Part shown: positions 35,088-45,276 of the stretch, piece by piece | Numbering within the stretch: position 1 is the first letter of the stretch | Layout of the letters: the number at the start of each line of letters is the position of its first letter | Source of the DNA: a virus | Reading direction: 5' to 3' (one strand) | Length of the DNA stretch: 64,000 nt | IMG/VR virus record: IMGVR_UViG_3300009008_002419 | Span: 29,804-93,803 of that record | Translations under genes and position numbers: made by a program | The notes under the pieces: model-generated | The model's input: only the letters and a program-made list of their open reading frames with translations | Databases searched by the model: none | What the model was told of the DNA's origin: nothing

Positions 35088-35405
35088 ATGCAGTATTTAT
35101 CCCGACAAGATGCAATTGAAGAGATGAGATTTCTGCTCCTAGTCAAAGCGATTTTACTTAAAAATACGGATCAGGGTGCAGTTGGGGATTTCAATACCTT
35201 AATGGAAAAATACAACAACTTAATACAGCTTAAACCGAAGAAGACTCTTAAATCGAAGCAACTGGCTGAGGATATGGAGGCTATGCGCGGTTTATTCGGG
35301 ACACCTCTAACGATTAAAAAGGGAGACCCTGTTAAAAAGGACCTCTCTAGTAATGTTGAAACTTTCACGAAAAAGGTGAAGAAGGATGCCAGAAGAGACA
35401 GTTAA
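35088..35405 (+). CDS. Tail chaperone second part (gpT-like, probably expressed by -1 frameshift)
   Basis: Its frame is open from ~34950, through the slippery site at 34995-35001. Confidence 0.65.
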   Translation: MQYLSRQDAIEEMRFLLLVKAILLKNTDQGAVGDFNTLMEKYNNLIQLKPKKTLKSKQLAEDMEAMRGLFGTPLTIKKGDPVKKDLSSNVETFTKKVKKDARRDS

Positions 35406-38400
35406 ATATAAAATTGAAATAGATGATACTGATCTAGCTAGAAAACTAGCAGATGTTAGAGATCGTATTAATACTTCACTGGCTTCGCCTATTTCTAACT
35501 TTACAACTCCTACAGAACCTCTGGCTTTTGAGGCAACACTCCAACAGAACAATCTTGTTAATAGATTAGGAGAAGCATTTAGTCAAATTGATACGTCACA
35601 GCTAGGCGCTGTTAAAGATCAACTCTCTCAATTTTCAGAGGGTGCGCGATTAGCAGCGCAGCGGGCTAGTCAAGATATAGGTGAGTTAATGAGGACAGTC
35701 CCATCGATACCAATAAGCCGGTATCCTAGTGGCGCTCCCAATGCTTATAACCAAATTCTACATAATATCAACAATCAAGGATTCTTTGGAACTGCTAGAA
35801 ATTCTGCGATTGGTTTTGACTGGGACTCACAGATGCCGTTGTCTATAAGAGAGTATCAACATGAGGCTCGGGCTGCTTTATTTAGGCCAGATCGTGTAGG
35901 AAGTTTAAGTGCAGGAGCTGCGGAAATTGGTGTTTCTACAGCAGTTATGGGATTAAGTGGACCCCTAGGTTTTGCAACAGGAGCTTATTTACATTATGGG
36001 GCAGGGCGTGAGAAGCAGCGAGATGAGCTTGCTCTAACAATTCGTGGAATGTCACGTTCATTTAAGAGTGGGGAATTTGATTGGCATGAGTCTTTAACGG
36101 CTGCCGGCGGGCTCCAAGAACTTGAACGATCTCCTGATTTAAGGCTTAAGGGAATAGATCAAGATGAAATTCAAGGCACCATTCTAGATTTTGCTAACTT
36201 AGGCGGATTTGAAAAAACACAAGACGTAGATCAGTTTCTAAAAACTTCTCGAGATTTAATGAGTAATGTAAAGGAAGTAATGCACGCGTTACGAATTACT
36301 CGACAAGAAGCTGTAGAAGTAATGAGAGAGGTTCAGCAATTTGGTGTATCAGATTTAGGTGATGCTGGAGAACTGGCTTTTTCTGTTGGTGGTCTTGGAA
36401 AAACATTTAGACGAGACCCAAATGAGTTAATGTCGTTTGCAATGGAAGGCGCTAAACAGCTATTTACTACAGCTGGAGTTGCTCCAGGAACAGGGTTTGA
36501 TCTAATGATGCGTTCGCGTATAGAAGCAGAAGCTATGAGATCCACACCTATGGGTGAAATTTCTGTAGCTGCTCTTGGAGGACCTGGAGCTGCAGCACAG
36601 CAAATGATGGCAACTACAATGGAGTTTTACCAAAGCCCGCTTGGAATTAGAACTTTAAAAGCTATGCAAGCAGGTGCTGATCCAACAGCGTTTGGAATTA
36701 TGGACGCAAACTATGGAATGACGCCTTTAGAATATATGGGTCGAATGTTTACTGCCCCTTCTGATGCGGCCGAGTTCAGCACACGAGAAATGCTTGTTAA
36801 TCAAATTAATCCAGTGCTAGAGGTGCTTAATGAGCAATCAATGGGAGAAGGAGTTACAGATGCACAACTTGCAGGTACATTAATGCAGCGCTATGGTTGG
36901 GACAGAAATACTGCAGCTGCAAATGTTGCATTATTTAGAACTGACCCACAAATTATTGCTGAAAAAGAAATGACTGGATATTTCCAAGGTAAAAGTCAAG
37001 AAGCAATGGAAGAGCCAACGATTGGTCAGCGCTTTAAAGCACGAATGGGTGAAATAAAAGATAATTTTACAGGCGCATTTACTGACCCCGCTAATGCAAT
37101 TTATAGAGGCGCTAGTAACTTTGTAACTCGAGAATTAGGAATAAATCAAAGAAATTGGGAGAGTTTTTCACAAGGATTAACAAGCCGAGAAGAGAGTGAA
37201 ATTTATGCTGATCAAACAAACAGAGATGCTTCATTAAGTTTTTTAACAGGCGAAAACGTTGGTCGCACAAGGGCTGAGCGCGAAGAAATTGAGCAAAGAG
37301 TATCTAACTTAAGGGGTTTATTAGGAGCTGATTTTTTAGATGGGGGCGACATGATTGTAGAGCAACGCCGGGGTCGCTCTACTTTTGAAAAACTAGGGAT
37401 CCAGGTTTGGCCAGGACCAGCACCAATAATAACCACTAACCCTGTTTTAGGAAGGGCTTTAACGCCTTACGATACTAAAATATATAGTGGAGATGATGCT
37501 AAGAGGTTAATTTCAAAAATTGAATCTTTTGATCGTATGGAGCAGCAAGCTGAAGAAGTTAAAGTTAACGAACTGTCTCTCGATACAGTTAATCAAGCCA
37601 AAGGATTCATTTCATTTTCAAAAGACAGTACTTTTGAAGAAAATATGGAGCAAATAGACACGTTGACAGGACGAAAATCAGTTTACACGTTTATGGATGT
37701 AGAAGGCCCAATTAGTAAAGAGGCAGAAAAAGAACTTCAAACAAAAGAGTCTAAACTTTTAGCAGGTTTAAAAGAGTTTCATCCAGAGCAATTTCAAATA
37801 CTCGAAGAGTCCCGAAACGAGCTTATTGCTAGAAGAGATTTATCAGATGACAAAGAATTAATGAAAAGTCAAAAAGAACGACTTGGTAAAATTGTTAAAG
37901 ACAAACATTTAATTCAAGTACTAAGTGACCGAGACATGGTTAAAAAAGAATTCGATGAGGCAGTTAGATCTGGCGCATCAACAAATCGTATTGCCGAGTT
38001 AGCTAAAAATTTAAACAGCATTAACTCACGTTTAGCAGAAGAATCACCATTCCAGTGGGGCTCCGCTGATAAAACTTTAGAAGATGTTGCTAATACCTAC
38101 ATTGAATTAGAAGACACTGAAAAAAGTGTAGCACAAGCGGAAGCTGCTACACCAGGATTATTAGATAAAGGCAAAGCGTTTGCTTTTAAATTGGCTGTTA
38201 AAGCTGGTTTAAAAACTGGCGCTGAACCACTAGATGCTGATTTTACATATGAAGATTTTGTATCTGATAAAAAAATAGAACAGCATCGAAGAGCAGAAAA
38301 AATGATGAAGTCAGATGACTCTTTAACTAGAGTTCAAGGTGAATTAATGAAAGAATCGTTAGAGGACTCAAGCAATGTAATTAGAATTGATCCTCACCAA

Positions 38401-38445
38401 TTAGCTGATATTTTTAATGAAATTCAAACCAAACTTTTAAAGTAA
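35386..38445 (+). CDS. Tape measure protein
   Basis: 1019 aa, Ala/Gly/Gln/Met-rich and helical; N-terminal VKYKIEIDD; between chaperones and baseplate hub. Confidence 0.75.
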   Translation: MPEETVKYKIEIDDTDLARKLADVRDRINTSLASPISNFTTPTEPLAFEATLQQNNLVNRLGEAFSQIDTSQLGAVKDQLSQFSEGARLAAQRASQDIGELMRTVPSIPISRYPSGAPNAYNQILHNINNQGFFGTARNSAIGFDWDSQMPLSIREYQHEARAALFRPDRVGSLSAGAAEIGVSTAVMGLSGPLGFATGAYLHYGAGREKQRDELALTIRGMSRSFKSGEFDWHESLTAAGGLQELERSPDLRLKGIDQDEIQGTILDFANLGGFEKTQDVDQFLKTSRDLMSNVKEVMHALRITRQEAVEVMREVQQFGVSDLGDAGELAFSVGGLGKTFRRDPNELMSFAMEGAKQLFTTAGVAPGTGFDLMMRSRIEAEAMRSTPMGEISVAALGGPGAAAQQMMATTMEFYQSPLGIRTLKAMQAGADPTAFGIMDANYGMTPLEYMGRMFTAPSDAAEFSTREMLVNQINPVLEVLNEQSMGEGVTDAQLAGTLMQRYGWDRNTAAANVALFRTDPQIIAEKEMTGYFQGKSQEAMEEPTIGQRFKARMGEIKDNFTGAFTDPANAIYRGASNFVTRELGINQRNWESFSQGLTSREESEIYADQTNRDASLSFLTGENVGRTRAEREEIEQRVSNLRGLLGADFLDGGDMIVEQRRGRSTFEKLGIQVWPGPAPIITTNPVLGRALTPYDTKIYSGDDAKRLISKIESFDRMEQQAEEVKVNELSLDTVNQAKGFISFSKDSTFEENMEQIDTLTGRKSVYTFMDVEGPISKEAEKELQTKESKLLAGLKEFHPEQFQILEESRNELIARRDLSDDKELMKSQKERLGKIVKDKHLIQVLSDRDMVKKEFDEAVRSGASTNRIAELAKNLNSINSRLAEESPFQWGSADKTLEDVANTYIELEDTEKSVAQAEAATPGLLDKGKAFAFKLAVKAGLKTGAEPLDADFTYEDFVSDKKIEQHRRAEKMMKSDDSLTRVQGELMKESLEDSSNVIRIDPHQLADIFNEIQTKLLK

Positions 38446-38449
38446 TAAA

Positions 38450-40777
38450 ATGCCTCCAACAAATTTAACTAGTATTAATTGTTCGCTGTACTTAGAAGGT
38501 ATTGAAGTACCTTTTAATACAGTTTCGATTAACGAACAAGTTAATCAACCACCAACATGTACGGTTACATTTCCTCCACAATCAGGCGCTTTAAAAGTAT
38601 TGCCTGGAACCCTTGTACAGGTTTTTGGTGAGAGAAAGATACCTAACGAGCCTGTAGAAAGTTTTTTAATGTTTGAAGGTGAAGCAGCAGGTATTAACTA
38701 TATTAAAACTGCAGATTCTCGTCAAGCAGCAATACATGCGAAATCTTTAATTAACAGGTGGAAGCAAATACAAAAGTTTGCTGTGGACTATCTTCCTCAG
38801 TATACTTCACAATTTGCAGGCGCCTACTTACTTAAGACATCCGAGATGAATCCACCCGGCACTGATAGTGTAGAAGCTTCAGAAAATACTGAGAAGATGG
38901 AACATTCAAACATCTTAGGTATTCATCAGTTCTTCATTAATGCTATAAAAGCCTATAACCTAGAGCCTGAAGTAGAAGGTAATACACATACAATCTTTAG
39001 AGAGCTTTTAAAGAACTTTAAAAAGCAAAGCTTTTACTACGGTCTTATGGATCAAGCTCTAGACATTTCTAATACATTCTTTGGCTTTCCTAGCCAAGCA
39101 GGCTTAATTGCCACCAAGATAGAGACGACTAATTCCCAAGTTATCAAACAGATGATTCGTGGCACTAATGTTTTAAATTTTTATGACTTATTAATGTTAT
39201 TTGGTGGATACTATAATATGTCGTTAACATTTCCTGCGGCATACACACTCAGCAACTCGCCAGACACAGCAGGTAAAAAAGTTCCGATGCGTGGGTATTT
39301 TGTGCCTGACCTTTCGTATGCAGTTCCTATTAAATCTAATATTGTATTTCCGACCGAGCTGCATTCTGTGAGTACATCTCGTAATTTTGATGCAGAGCCT
39401 ACTGCTCTCGTATCTAATTTAGACCGAGTAACACTTGCAGAAGGTAGTGAGAGTGGTATGGCAGCAAGTACTCTATTGCCAGTTTATATGTCCCCAGGAC
39501 TTGCACTTGGCAAAGATAGTAGCAAGCCTCCAAAACCTCTGTTAGGATTTACTCCTGAAGAAACTTATCGTGGACGGCTGCATGGTGGGAACATTAACAT
39601 ACCCACTTTCTCTGAGCTTTATATGATTGGTAGAGCTAAGAAAAAATTAGGTATAGATGGTAAACCCGAGCTTACAGAAGATGAGAAAAAAGAACTTCGT
39701 GAAACTGTAGATACAATGCTTATTCGTTATACTGATGCCGAATTCTTAAAGCGTCGTTATCAAGCACGAACATGCACAGCGGAAACTGATTATAACCCGT
39801 ATCGTATTGTAGGGTTTCCTGGTTTAATCTTTGACTACGATGGATCGCCCTCGATTGTTGGTCTACTGTCTGGTCAAAACATTAGTATTAACTCGGAAGG
39901 TCGGGCGACATCAACGTTAACATTCTCATCTACAAGATTTGTCTGGGATGACACAGACTTCACCGCCTTAATTGACGGCGAATCAAATAGTTATCCACTA
40001 TATAATTTAACTAATGATGTATTTCCAAAACTACCGATGTGGTATGATGAGAATTTCTACAACTACGATAATATTGGAATTGAACTATACCCTTATGTTC
40101 AAAAAGGTAAGTTAGCTGATATTCCTTCAGCTGTTAAAGCACAGTTATTTGGTGCTGACTCTCAGTGGTATAATTGGACACCTTATAAAAAAGCTACCAA
40201 AAAACCTACCCCATTAAAAGACCCAACCACTGGAACTGAGTATAATAAGAATATCTCTCCCTCTGTTAGTGAAAAGACTGAATTTTATGATTGTTCGTTA
40301 ATGACCTTTGCTCGAGACCCTAATACTGGAAGTCTTGGATTTGCAGTCGAAGTCGATGATAAACTAGACTCTGTTAAAGCTTTGTCTGCTACTATCCAAG
40401 CAATTAGAGTTCTTAAAACAGACTTTAACTCAATAAAAAATAAGCCGCAGTATATTAAAACACACAATCACCGACAACTTACATCTAGAGACGAGTATTT
40501 TAAGTTTTTAGGTGTTGAAGTAACAACAGACACTGATGGTACTACTTCATACGTACCTCAGTATTCAAAAGATTATGTGGATACTGATGTTGAATATACA
40601 GTCGCAGCTGCTGAAGCAATAGTTAAAGCAGACCCACCACAAGATAAAACTATCCCGTATGGCGCCGTAACTGATCGCCCTTTCTCTAAAAAGCGCGCTG
40701 ACCATGTTATTGAAGCTTTTAGAGCATACTTAGAAGATTCCACAATTAAGAAAAATTCCGTTATTGTAACGAGGTAA
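38450..40777 (+). CDS. Baseplate hub-like protein
   Basis: LYLEGIEVPF...CTVTFPP...LMFEGE N-terminus, YNPYRIVGFPG; follows the tape measure. Confidence 0.65.
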   Translation: MPPTNLTSINCSLYLEGIEVPFNTVSINEQVNQPPTCTVTFPPQSGALKVLPGTLVQVFGERKIPNEPVESFLMFEGEAAGINYIKTADSRQAAIHAKSLINRWKQIQKFAVDYLPQYTSQFAGAYLLKTSEMNPPGTDSVEASENTEKMEHSNILGIHQFFINAIKAYNLEPEVEGNTHTIFRELLKNFKKQSFYYGLMDQALDISNTFFGFPSQAGLIATKIETTNSQVIKQMIRGTNVLNFYDLLMLFGGYYNMSLTFPAAYTLSNSPDTAGKKVPMRGYFVPDLSYAVPIKSNIVFPTELHSVSTSRNFDAEPTALVSNLDRVTLAEGSESGMAASTLLPVYMSPGLALGKDSSKPPKPLLGFTPEETYRGRLHGGNINIPTFSELYMIGRAKKKLGIDGKPELTEDEKKELRETVDTMLIRYTDAEFLKRRYQARTCTAETDYNPYRIVGFPGLIFDYDGSPSIVGLLSGQNISINSEGRATSTLTFSSTRFVWDDTDFTALIDGESNSYPLYNLTNDVFPKLPMWYDENFYNYDNIGIELYPYVQKGKLADIPSAVKAQLFGADSQWYNWTPYKKATKKPTPLKDPTTGTEYNKNISPSVSEKTEFYDCSLMTFARDPNTGSLGFAVEVDDKLDSVKALSATIQAIRVLKTDFNSIKNKPQYIKTHNHRQLTSRDEYFKFLGVEVTTDTDGTTSYVPQYSKDYVDTDVEYTVAAAEAIVKADPPQDKTIPYGAVTDRPFSKKRADHVIEAFRAYLEDSTIKKNSVIVTR

Positions 40778-40780
40778 ATA

Positions 40781-41881
40781 ATGTCAACAATTTCAGACCA
40801 AGTCACAGGACTGGTAACACAAGGGTTTGATTCCGCTACACAAGTATTTGACGAATACTTAGGCTTACAAACTCCAGACGCCGCTGCAGGAAATATTTTA
40901 GGGGCTGTCTTAGAACCAAGCAGACATGAAAAAGCTCAGCCTACAGGACTAGCAGAAGAAATTAAAGAGTTAGGAAATGTTGGTGCGTTTATATTTGTTA
41001 AACATGTTGGCGGTCCTTTTCTTTATCATATGACCAATAAATTTTACCTGCAAACAATGGAGATAGCCTCTAAAGAACGTGCTCAGATTAGTAATACATT
41101 TGGAGCTTCGTCAGTATTTCTTTTTGGCGAGTCTGTTAAAATTTATTCTTTCTCTGGTGTAGCGGTTGATTATGCATCACAGGACGAACAAGGTAAGTTG
41201 TTCCATGGTACAGCTTTACTAGATCTCTATAACAAACAATTACGAGGAACCAACTTAGTAGATAATGATCGTATTGCAGTCATGAAAGTGATGAACCACA
41301 CGATTTGGGGGTATCCCTTAAACTTTACTTATCGTAAATCTGCTAATAGAGAAAAAACTATAGAGTTTGGAATGTCTTGGATTGTTACAGATCACGTACT
41401 TACAGCAAGTTCTGTTATTACCAATGACGATCTTGAGTATCACAGTAAAGTTGAAAGTTACTTAGCCAAGCTAGGAAAAACAGCCTCTGAGTTGATTACT
41501 TCAGCCAGTGAATTACTCACTCTTATGTATGGTGTTATGGTAGATGTAGATATTATTATGGCAAATCGACAAGTTCTCACTGCCGGGAATCTTAAAGAAT
41601 TAAAAGAAAAAGTTAAAGCTGATTTTGTGGACCCACTAAAAGAAAAACTAGAGTCCTACAATAAAAATGAAGACAGCGTTACTAAAACTAAATTAATTAA
41701 TACAGGAATTATCACGGATTACACAGCATATTTTACTGAATTAAATAATCAAATCGATGACATAAAAGCTGGCGTTGACGATCAAGAGTGGTATAACGAT
41801 TATCCTTGGGCTGATTTAGTCAGATTCTATAAATTTATATTTACACAAAAACAAAAACTCATGTCAGGAAGTAAAGTATAA
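40781..41881 (+). CDS. Baseplate/tail-tube initiator-like protein
   Basis: KERAQISNTFG...FGESVKIYSFSG...LRGT tube-like fold pattern; tail module context. Confidence 0.5.
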   Translation: MSTISDQVTGLVTQGFDSATQVFDEYLGLQTPDAAAGNILGAVLEPSRHEKAQPTGLAEEIKELGNVGAFIFVKHVGGPFLYHMTNKFYLQTMEIASKERAQISNTFGASSVFLFGESVKIYSFSGVAVDYASQDEQGKLFHGTALLDLYNKQLRGTNLVDNDRIAVMKVMNHTIWGYPLNFTYRKSANREKTIEFGMSWIVTDHVLTASSVITNDDLEYHSKVESYLAKLGKTASELITSASELLTLMYGVMVDVDIIMANRQVLTAGNLKELKEKVKADFVDPLKEKLESYNKNEDSVTKTKLINTGIITDYTAYFTELNNQIDDIKAGVDDQEWYNDYPWADLVRFYKFIFTQKQKLMSGSKV

Positions 41882-42624
41882 TGGCTTTAAGTTCACGACA
41901 GGAACAAGAACTCTTACTGTGGAACAAGTATCGTTATCAAAACGATCTAAAATCAGGGCAAGAGTTAATGAAATCAATGGCACCCATCATCAATCAACAG
42001 GTTGGAAAGTATGCTGGTGTGTCTTTACCAAAGGCTTCTATTGAATTGGAAGCTAAGAAACTTATTTATAAAGCATTCGATACTTATGATCCTAGATTGT
42101 CCCAATTAAATACGCACGTAATTAATTACCTTAAAAAATTACAGCGTTTTGTTATTAACTATCAAAATGTGGGACATATCCCTGAGCCGCGTGCAAGACA
42201 GATTGGTAGATATCATACAATTTATGATAATCTTGAATCTGAAAAAGGCAGGGAGCCCACAACACTTGAATTAGCTGATGCAATGACATGGCCTGTAGCG
42301 GAAGTTGAAAAGCTTCAACTTGAGCTACGCAGTGACTTGTCTATTGATGCTGGATCAGGTGACGATGAAGAAATGGGACGGTTCTTTGAGTTTATGTCAA
42401 ATCCTTACTCGCCTGAACAATTTAAAGTAAAGCAGGCAATAGAGTTTGTCTACTATGATGTTGATCCCGTTGACAAGAAAATAATGGAGTATTCGTTTGG
42501 ACTGGCGGGAATGCCAAAATTGAAAGATAAAGACATTGCGGTCCGGTTAGGCATGTCCCCACAACAATTATCCAAGCGTAAGAAAAAACTTGGGCAAGAA
42601 TTAAGAGAGGTTACTCAGGTATGA
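41881..42624 (+). CDS. Divergent sigma-70-family factor (candidate late sigma)
   Basis: KAFDTYDP (region 2), HIPE, GREPTTLELAD (region 3), HTH DIAVRLGMSPQQLS (region 4). Confidence 0.82.
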   Translation: MALSSRQEQELLLWNKYRYQNDLKSGQELMKSMAPIINQQVGKYAGVSLPKASIELEAKKLIYKAFDTYDPRLSQLNTHVINYLKKLQRFVINYQNVGHIPEPRARQIGRYHTIYDNLESEKGREPTTLELADAMTWPVAEVEKLQLELRSDLSIDAGSGDDEEMGRFFEFMSNPYSPEQFKVKQAIEFVYYDVDPVDKKIMEYSFGLAGMPKLKDKDIAVRLGMSPQQLSKRKKKLGQELREVTQV

Positions 42625-44843
42625 GTTTAAAGACAGGGTGTTTAATTACAACTCTCCTTGATCTTAAAGGAGTTGAAGGATTTACACCTACAGAAATTAG
42701 CCAAGTTTCAGAATTACTAGAGGTTATTGATGAGTTAACTATTATTGGCAAGTCTTTAGGTTTAGACCCAATGCTGGTTTTTGGCCCTCTTACTAATTTA
42801 TTAATTGATCCTACACAAATAGCTGCTGTTATTAGTGGTATAACTGAATTTTCTGCTCAGTTAGCGGAACTTTTAGCAAAACGTTATAAAGAAATAAGTG
42901 TTGAGTGGATGGATAAAGTTAAATCAGTGTCTGTATTTTCTACAAACTCGTTAATATTAATTGCTATTTTAGTCGCGGATATTATTGGAATTGATTCAGC
43001 TATACTTATTAACTCACTGACTATTGGTGGGGCGTGGGTTACATTAAATGAAGCAATTGTAGCTCCCGTACTTTTACAACTTTTTGCTTTATTCATAAGT
43101 CTTGCAGGCGGAGCGCAACTTATTGTTCTTCATAATCTTGCTAGTAAACTTTTATACTATATAGAAAAACGTCGGCAGGCAATTATAGAATTAAAGCCCG
43201 ATCTTTTAACTGTTATTAATGCGCTTCAATTGCTTGAGAATCTTCAAAATGATGTGCATATTGCAGGCGGAGACCAATCGCTAGTAACAGCTTGGAAACA
43301 TATTCGTAGAGCGCGCGGTGATATTGGCCGTTCGTTTAGGATCGACCCAGACCGTATAACTGAAGACACAGTTGTTGGTCACTTTAGTCCAACATATTTA
43401 GGGCGAGCCTCTGATCAAGTTGAACAAGCTATCCATATTCTTTATGGTGACACAATAGATGAAATTCATGATCACTTTGGAGGAGACATAGGTGTAAGCG
43501 ATTTTATCTCTGATTTTAATGGTACAATTGATCAATTAAAAATTAACTATACTGAAGCTATTAGTACTGCTGAGCAAGAAATTGCTGAGCACGGCATTAT
43601 GGGAGCTCTAGCTGAATTCTCGTCTAACATTGACTCATTGAGTTCTGGTGCAAAATTGTACATGATGGGCGATGCTTTATTAAGTTCACTTGAAGCGTTA
43701 GCACACCGTTTGCCTGTATCCTATTGGGCGGCTGAACGTGAGCTTGCTAAATTTAAAGACCTCAGCTCAACTAGTGGAGGAACCTTTGATGATGTAGGCT
43801 CATTCTTAGATGAAGCAGCTCAACAAGCTTTTGGAGGAATTTTATCTGAGTTTATACAAGGTGTAAAGGCGAATACAGTTCTTGCACTAACACAAAAAGT
43901 AGCTGAGTATGAAAAGTATGTAACAACTCATAATCGTAACTTATCTACAATTGATCAAGTTGCCGCAAAAGCTCTTCAGATGTTAGTGCCTGTATTAAAT
44001 GAACTTAAAGAGATTGAAAACGAAGTTGGTACATACTTACAAGTATCAAATAATCGGCTAGTTGCTATCAATAATCCCAGCATGTCTGAACGTGTGGCAT
44101 GGGTAAAACGGCTTGCACAGCAAAAAAGTGTATTGGATAGTTTATATCAAAACCCACTGTCAGGTGACTCCAGTTGGCTAAATCCTGATTTATTTAGTCA
44201 AGAATTTATTAGTACTGTTGTTCCAGAAAATGTTGAAAGTTGTATGACTAACTTAGCCGGGTACTTAAATGGTGAAATGCCTAGCAGTCCTTTTGCGCCT
44301 AATGGCCAATTCACCTTAACTGACCAGCCTGTTAATCGCGCGATTACTCTTGGAAAGAATGCTGTTGTTGGTGCTATACCTGCAATTTTTGCTGGTCAGG
44401 TGTCATACAAAATAGCTGAACTCAAGGAAATGGACTTTTTGATGAGTGAGCAAATGGGTATTGACTCGCACGTTATTAACATGTGTAATTGTATTATCTC
44501 AGGAATTGAGGCATTGCCCGCATACGATTTAATCGTTAGTGAGTTTAATAACTTCATTGGTGGTCTTGATGATATGAATGTGTTTAATCAGCTACTTGAT
44601 AGCTTTAGAAACGGAAATTTAGGAAGTATTGTGACACTATTAGCAGAGGGTAATATGATCCCCGGTTTGTGTGATCCTTCCTTCTCTATGTTTAAAAACT
44701 TCATTTCAAGTTCATTCGATAGTTTATTAGGCGACTTTGTTAAAAAGCTTAAAGAAGATCGTGAACGCATTGCAAACACAACTAATACTCAATTAGCTTA
44801 TGTTGTTGATATTCAAAAACAATTAACTCGAATCTTAGCGTAG
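42621..44843 (+). CDS. Large helical hypothetical protein with hydrophobic segments
   Basis: 740-aa ORF; hydrophobic stretch at ~aa 105-170; within the baseplate operon. Confidence 0.6.
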   Translation: MSLKTGCLITTLLDLKGVEGFTPTEISQVSELLEVIDELTIIGKSLGLDPMLVFGPLTNLLIDPTQIAAVISGITEFSAQLAELLAKRYKEISVEWMDKVKSVSVFSTNSLILIAILVADIIGIDSAILINSLTIGGAWVTLNEAIVAPVLLQLFALFISLAGGAQLIVLHNLASKLLYYIEKRRQAIIELKPDLLTVINALQLLENLQNDVHIAGGDQSLVTAWKHIRRARGDIGRSFRIDPDRITEDTVVGHFSPTYLGRASDQVEQAIHILYGDTIDEIHDHFGGDIGVSDFISDFNGTIDQLKINYTEAISTAEQEIAEHGIMGALAEFSSNIDSLSSGAKLYMMGDALLSSLEALAHRLPVSYWAAERELAKFKDLSSTSGGTFDDVGSFLDEAAQQAFGGILSEFIQGVKANTVLALTQKVAEYEKYVTTHNRNLSTIDQVAAKALQMLVPVLNELKEIENEVGTYLQVSNNRLVAINNPSMSERVAWVKRLAQQKSVLDSLYQNPLSGDSSWLNPDLFSQEFISTVVPENVESCMTNLAGYLNGEMPSSPFAPNGQFTLTDQPVNRAITLGKNAVVGAIPAIFAGQVSYKIAELKEMDFLMSEQMGIDSHVINMCNCIISGIEALPAYDLIVSEFNNFIGGLDDMNVFNQLLDSFRNGNLGSIVTLLAEGNMIPGLCDPSFSMFKNFISSSFDSLLGDFVKKLKEDRERIANTTNTQLAYVVDIQKQLTRILA

Positions 44844-44848
44844 GACTT

Positions 44849-45268
44849 ATGACTAAAGATATTCAAATAATCAATCTTGACGAAGATGGAAGACTGTCCG
44901 TATCTTTTCCAACTGGAGTAACTAAAACTAGTTCTAGTTTTAACTTGATTCAGCGTATAGTTAAGCGTATATTAACTTTAGAAGGAACTGACTCTTTAAA
45001 TCCTACTATCGGTACTAACATTCCTGAGCTATTCAGATTTGTAGATAATGAGAACAAAACACGAATTGCTGCTTTATTTCCGATCTTTCTTAAAGACATT
45101 GAAGACGAGCTTCTAAGAGAACAAGCAATTATACCAAACCTTCCAGCCGCGCAAAAATTAAGTTCATTAGAACTTGTTGATGTGTATTTTGATGAGGCAG
45201 CGTGGGGCTGGGTTTTATCAATTAAAGTTAATCTAGAAAATAAAACAACACTCACAGTGACTATCTAA
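44849..45268 (+). CDS. gp25-like baseplate wedge protein
   Basis: LIQRIVKRILTLEGTD...PTIGT pattern; 139 aa; immediately before baseplate J. Confidence 0.7.
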   Translation: MTKDIQIINLDEDGRLSVSFPTGVTKTSSSFNLIQRIVKRILTLEGTDSLNPTIGTNIPELFRFVDNENKTRIAALFPIFLKDIEDELLREQAIIPNLPAAQKLSSLELVDVYFDEAAWGWVLSIKVNLENKTTLTVTI

Positions 45269-45276
45269 GGAAATTT

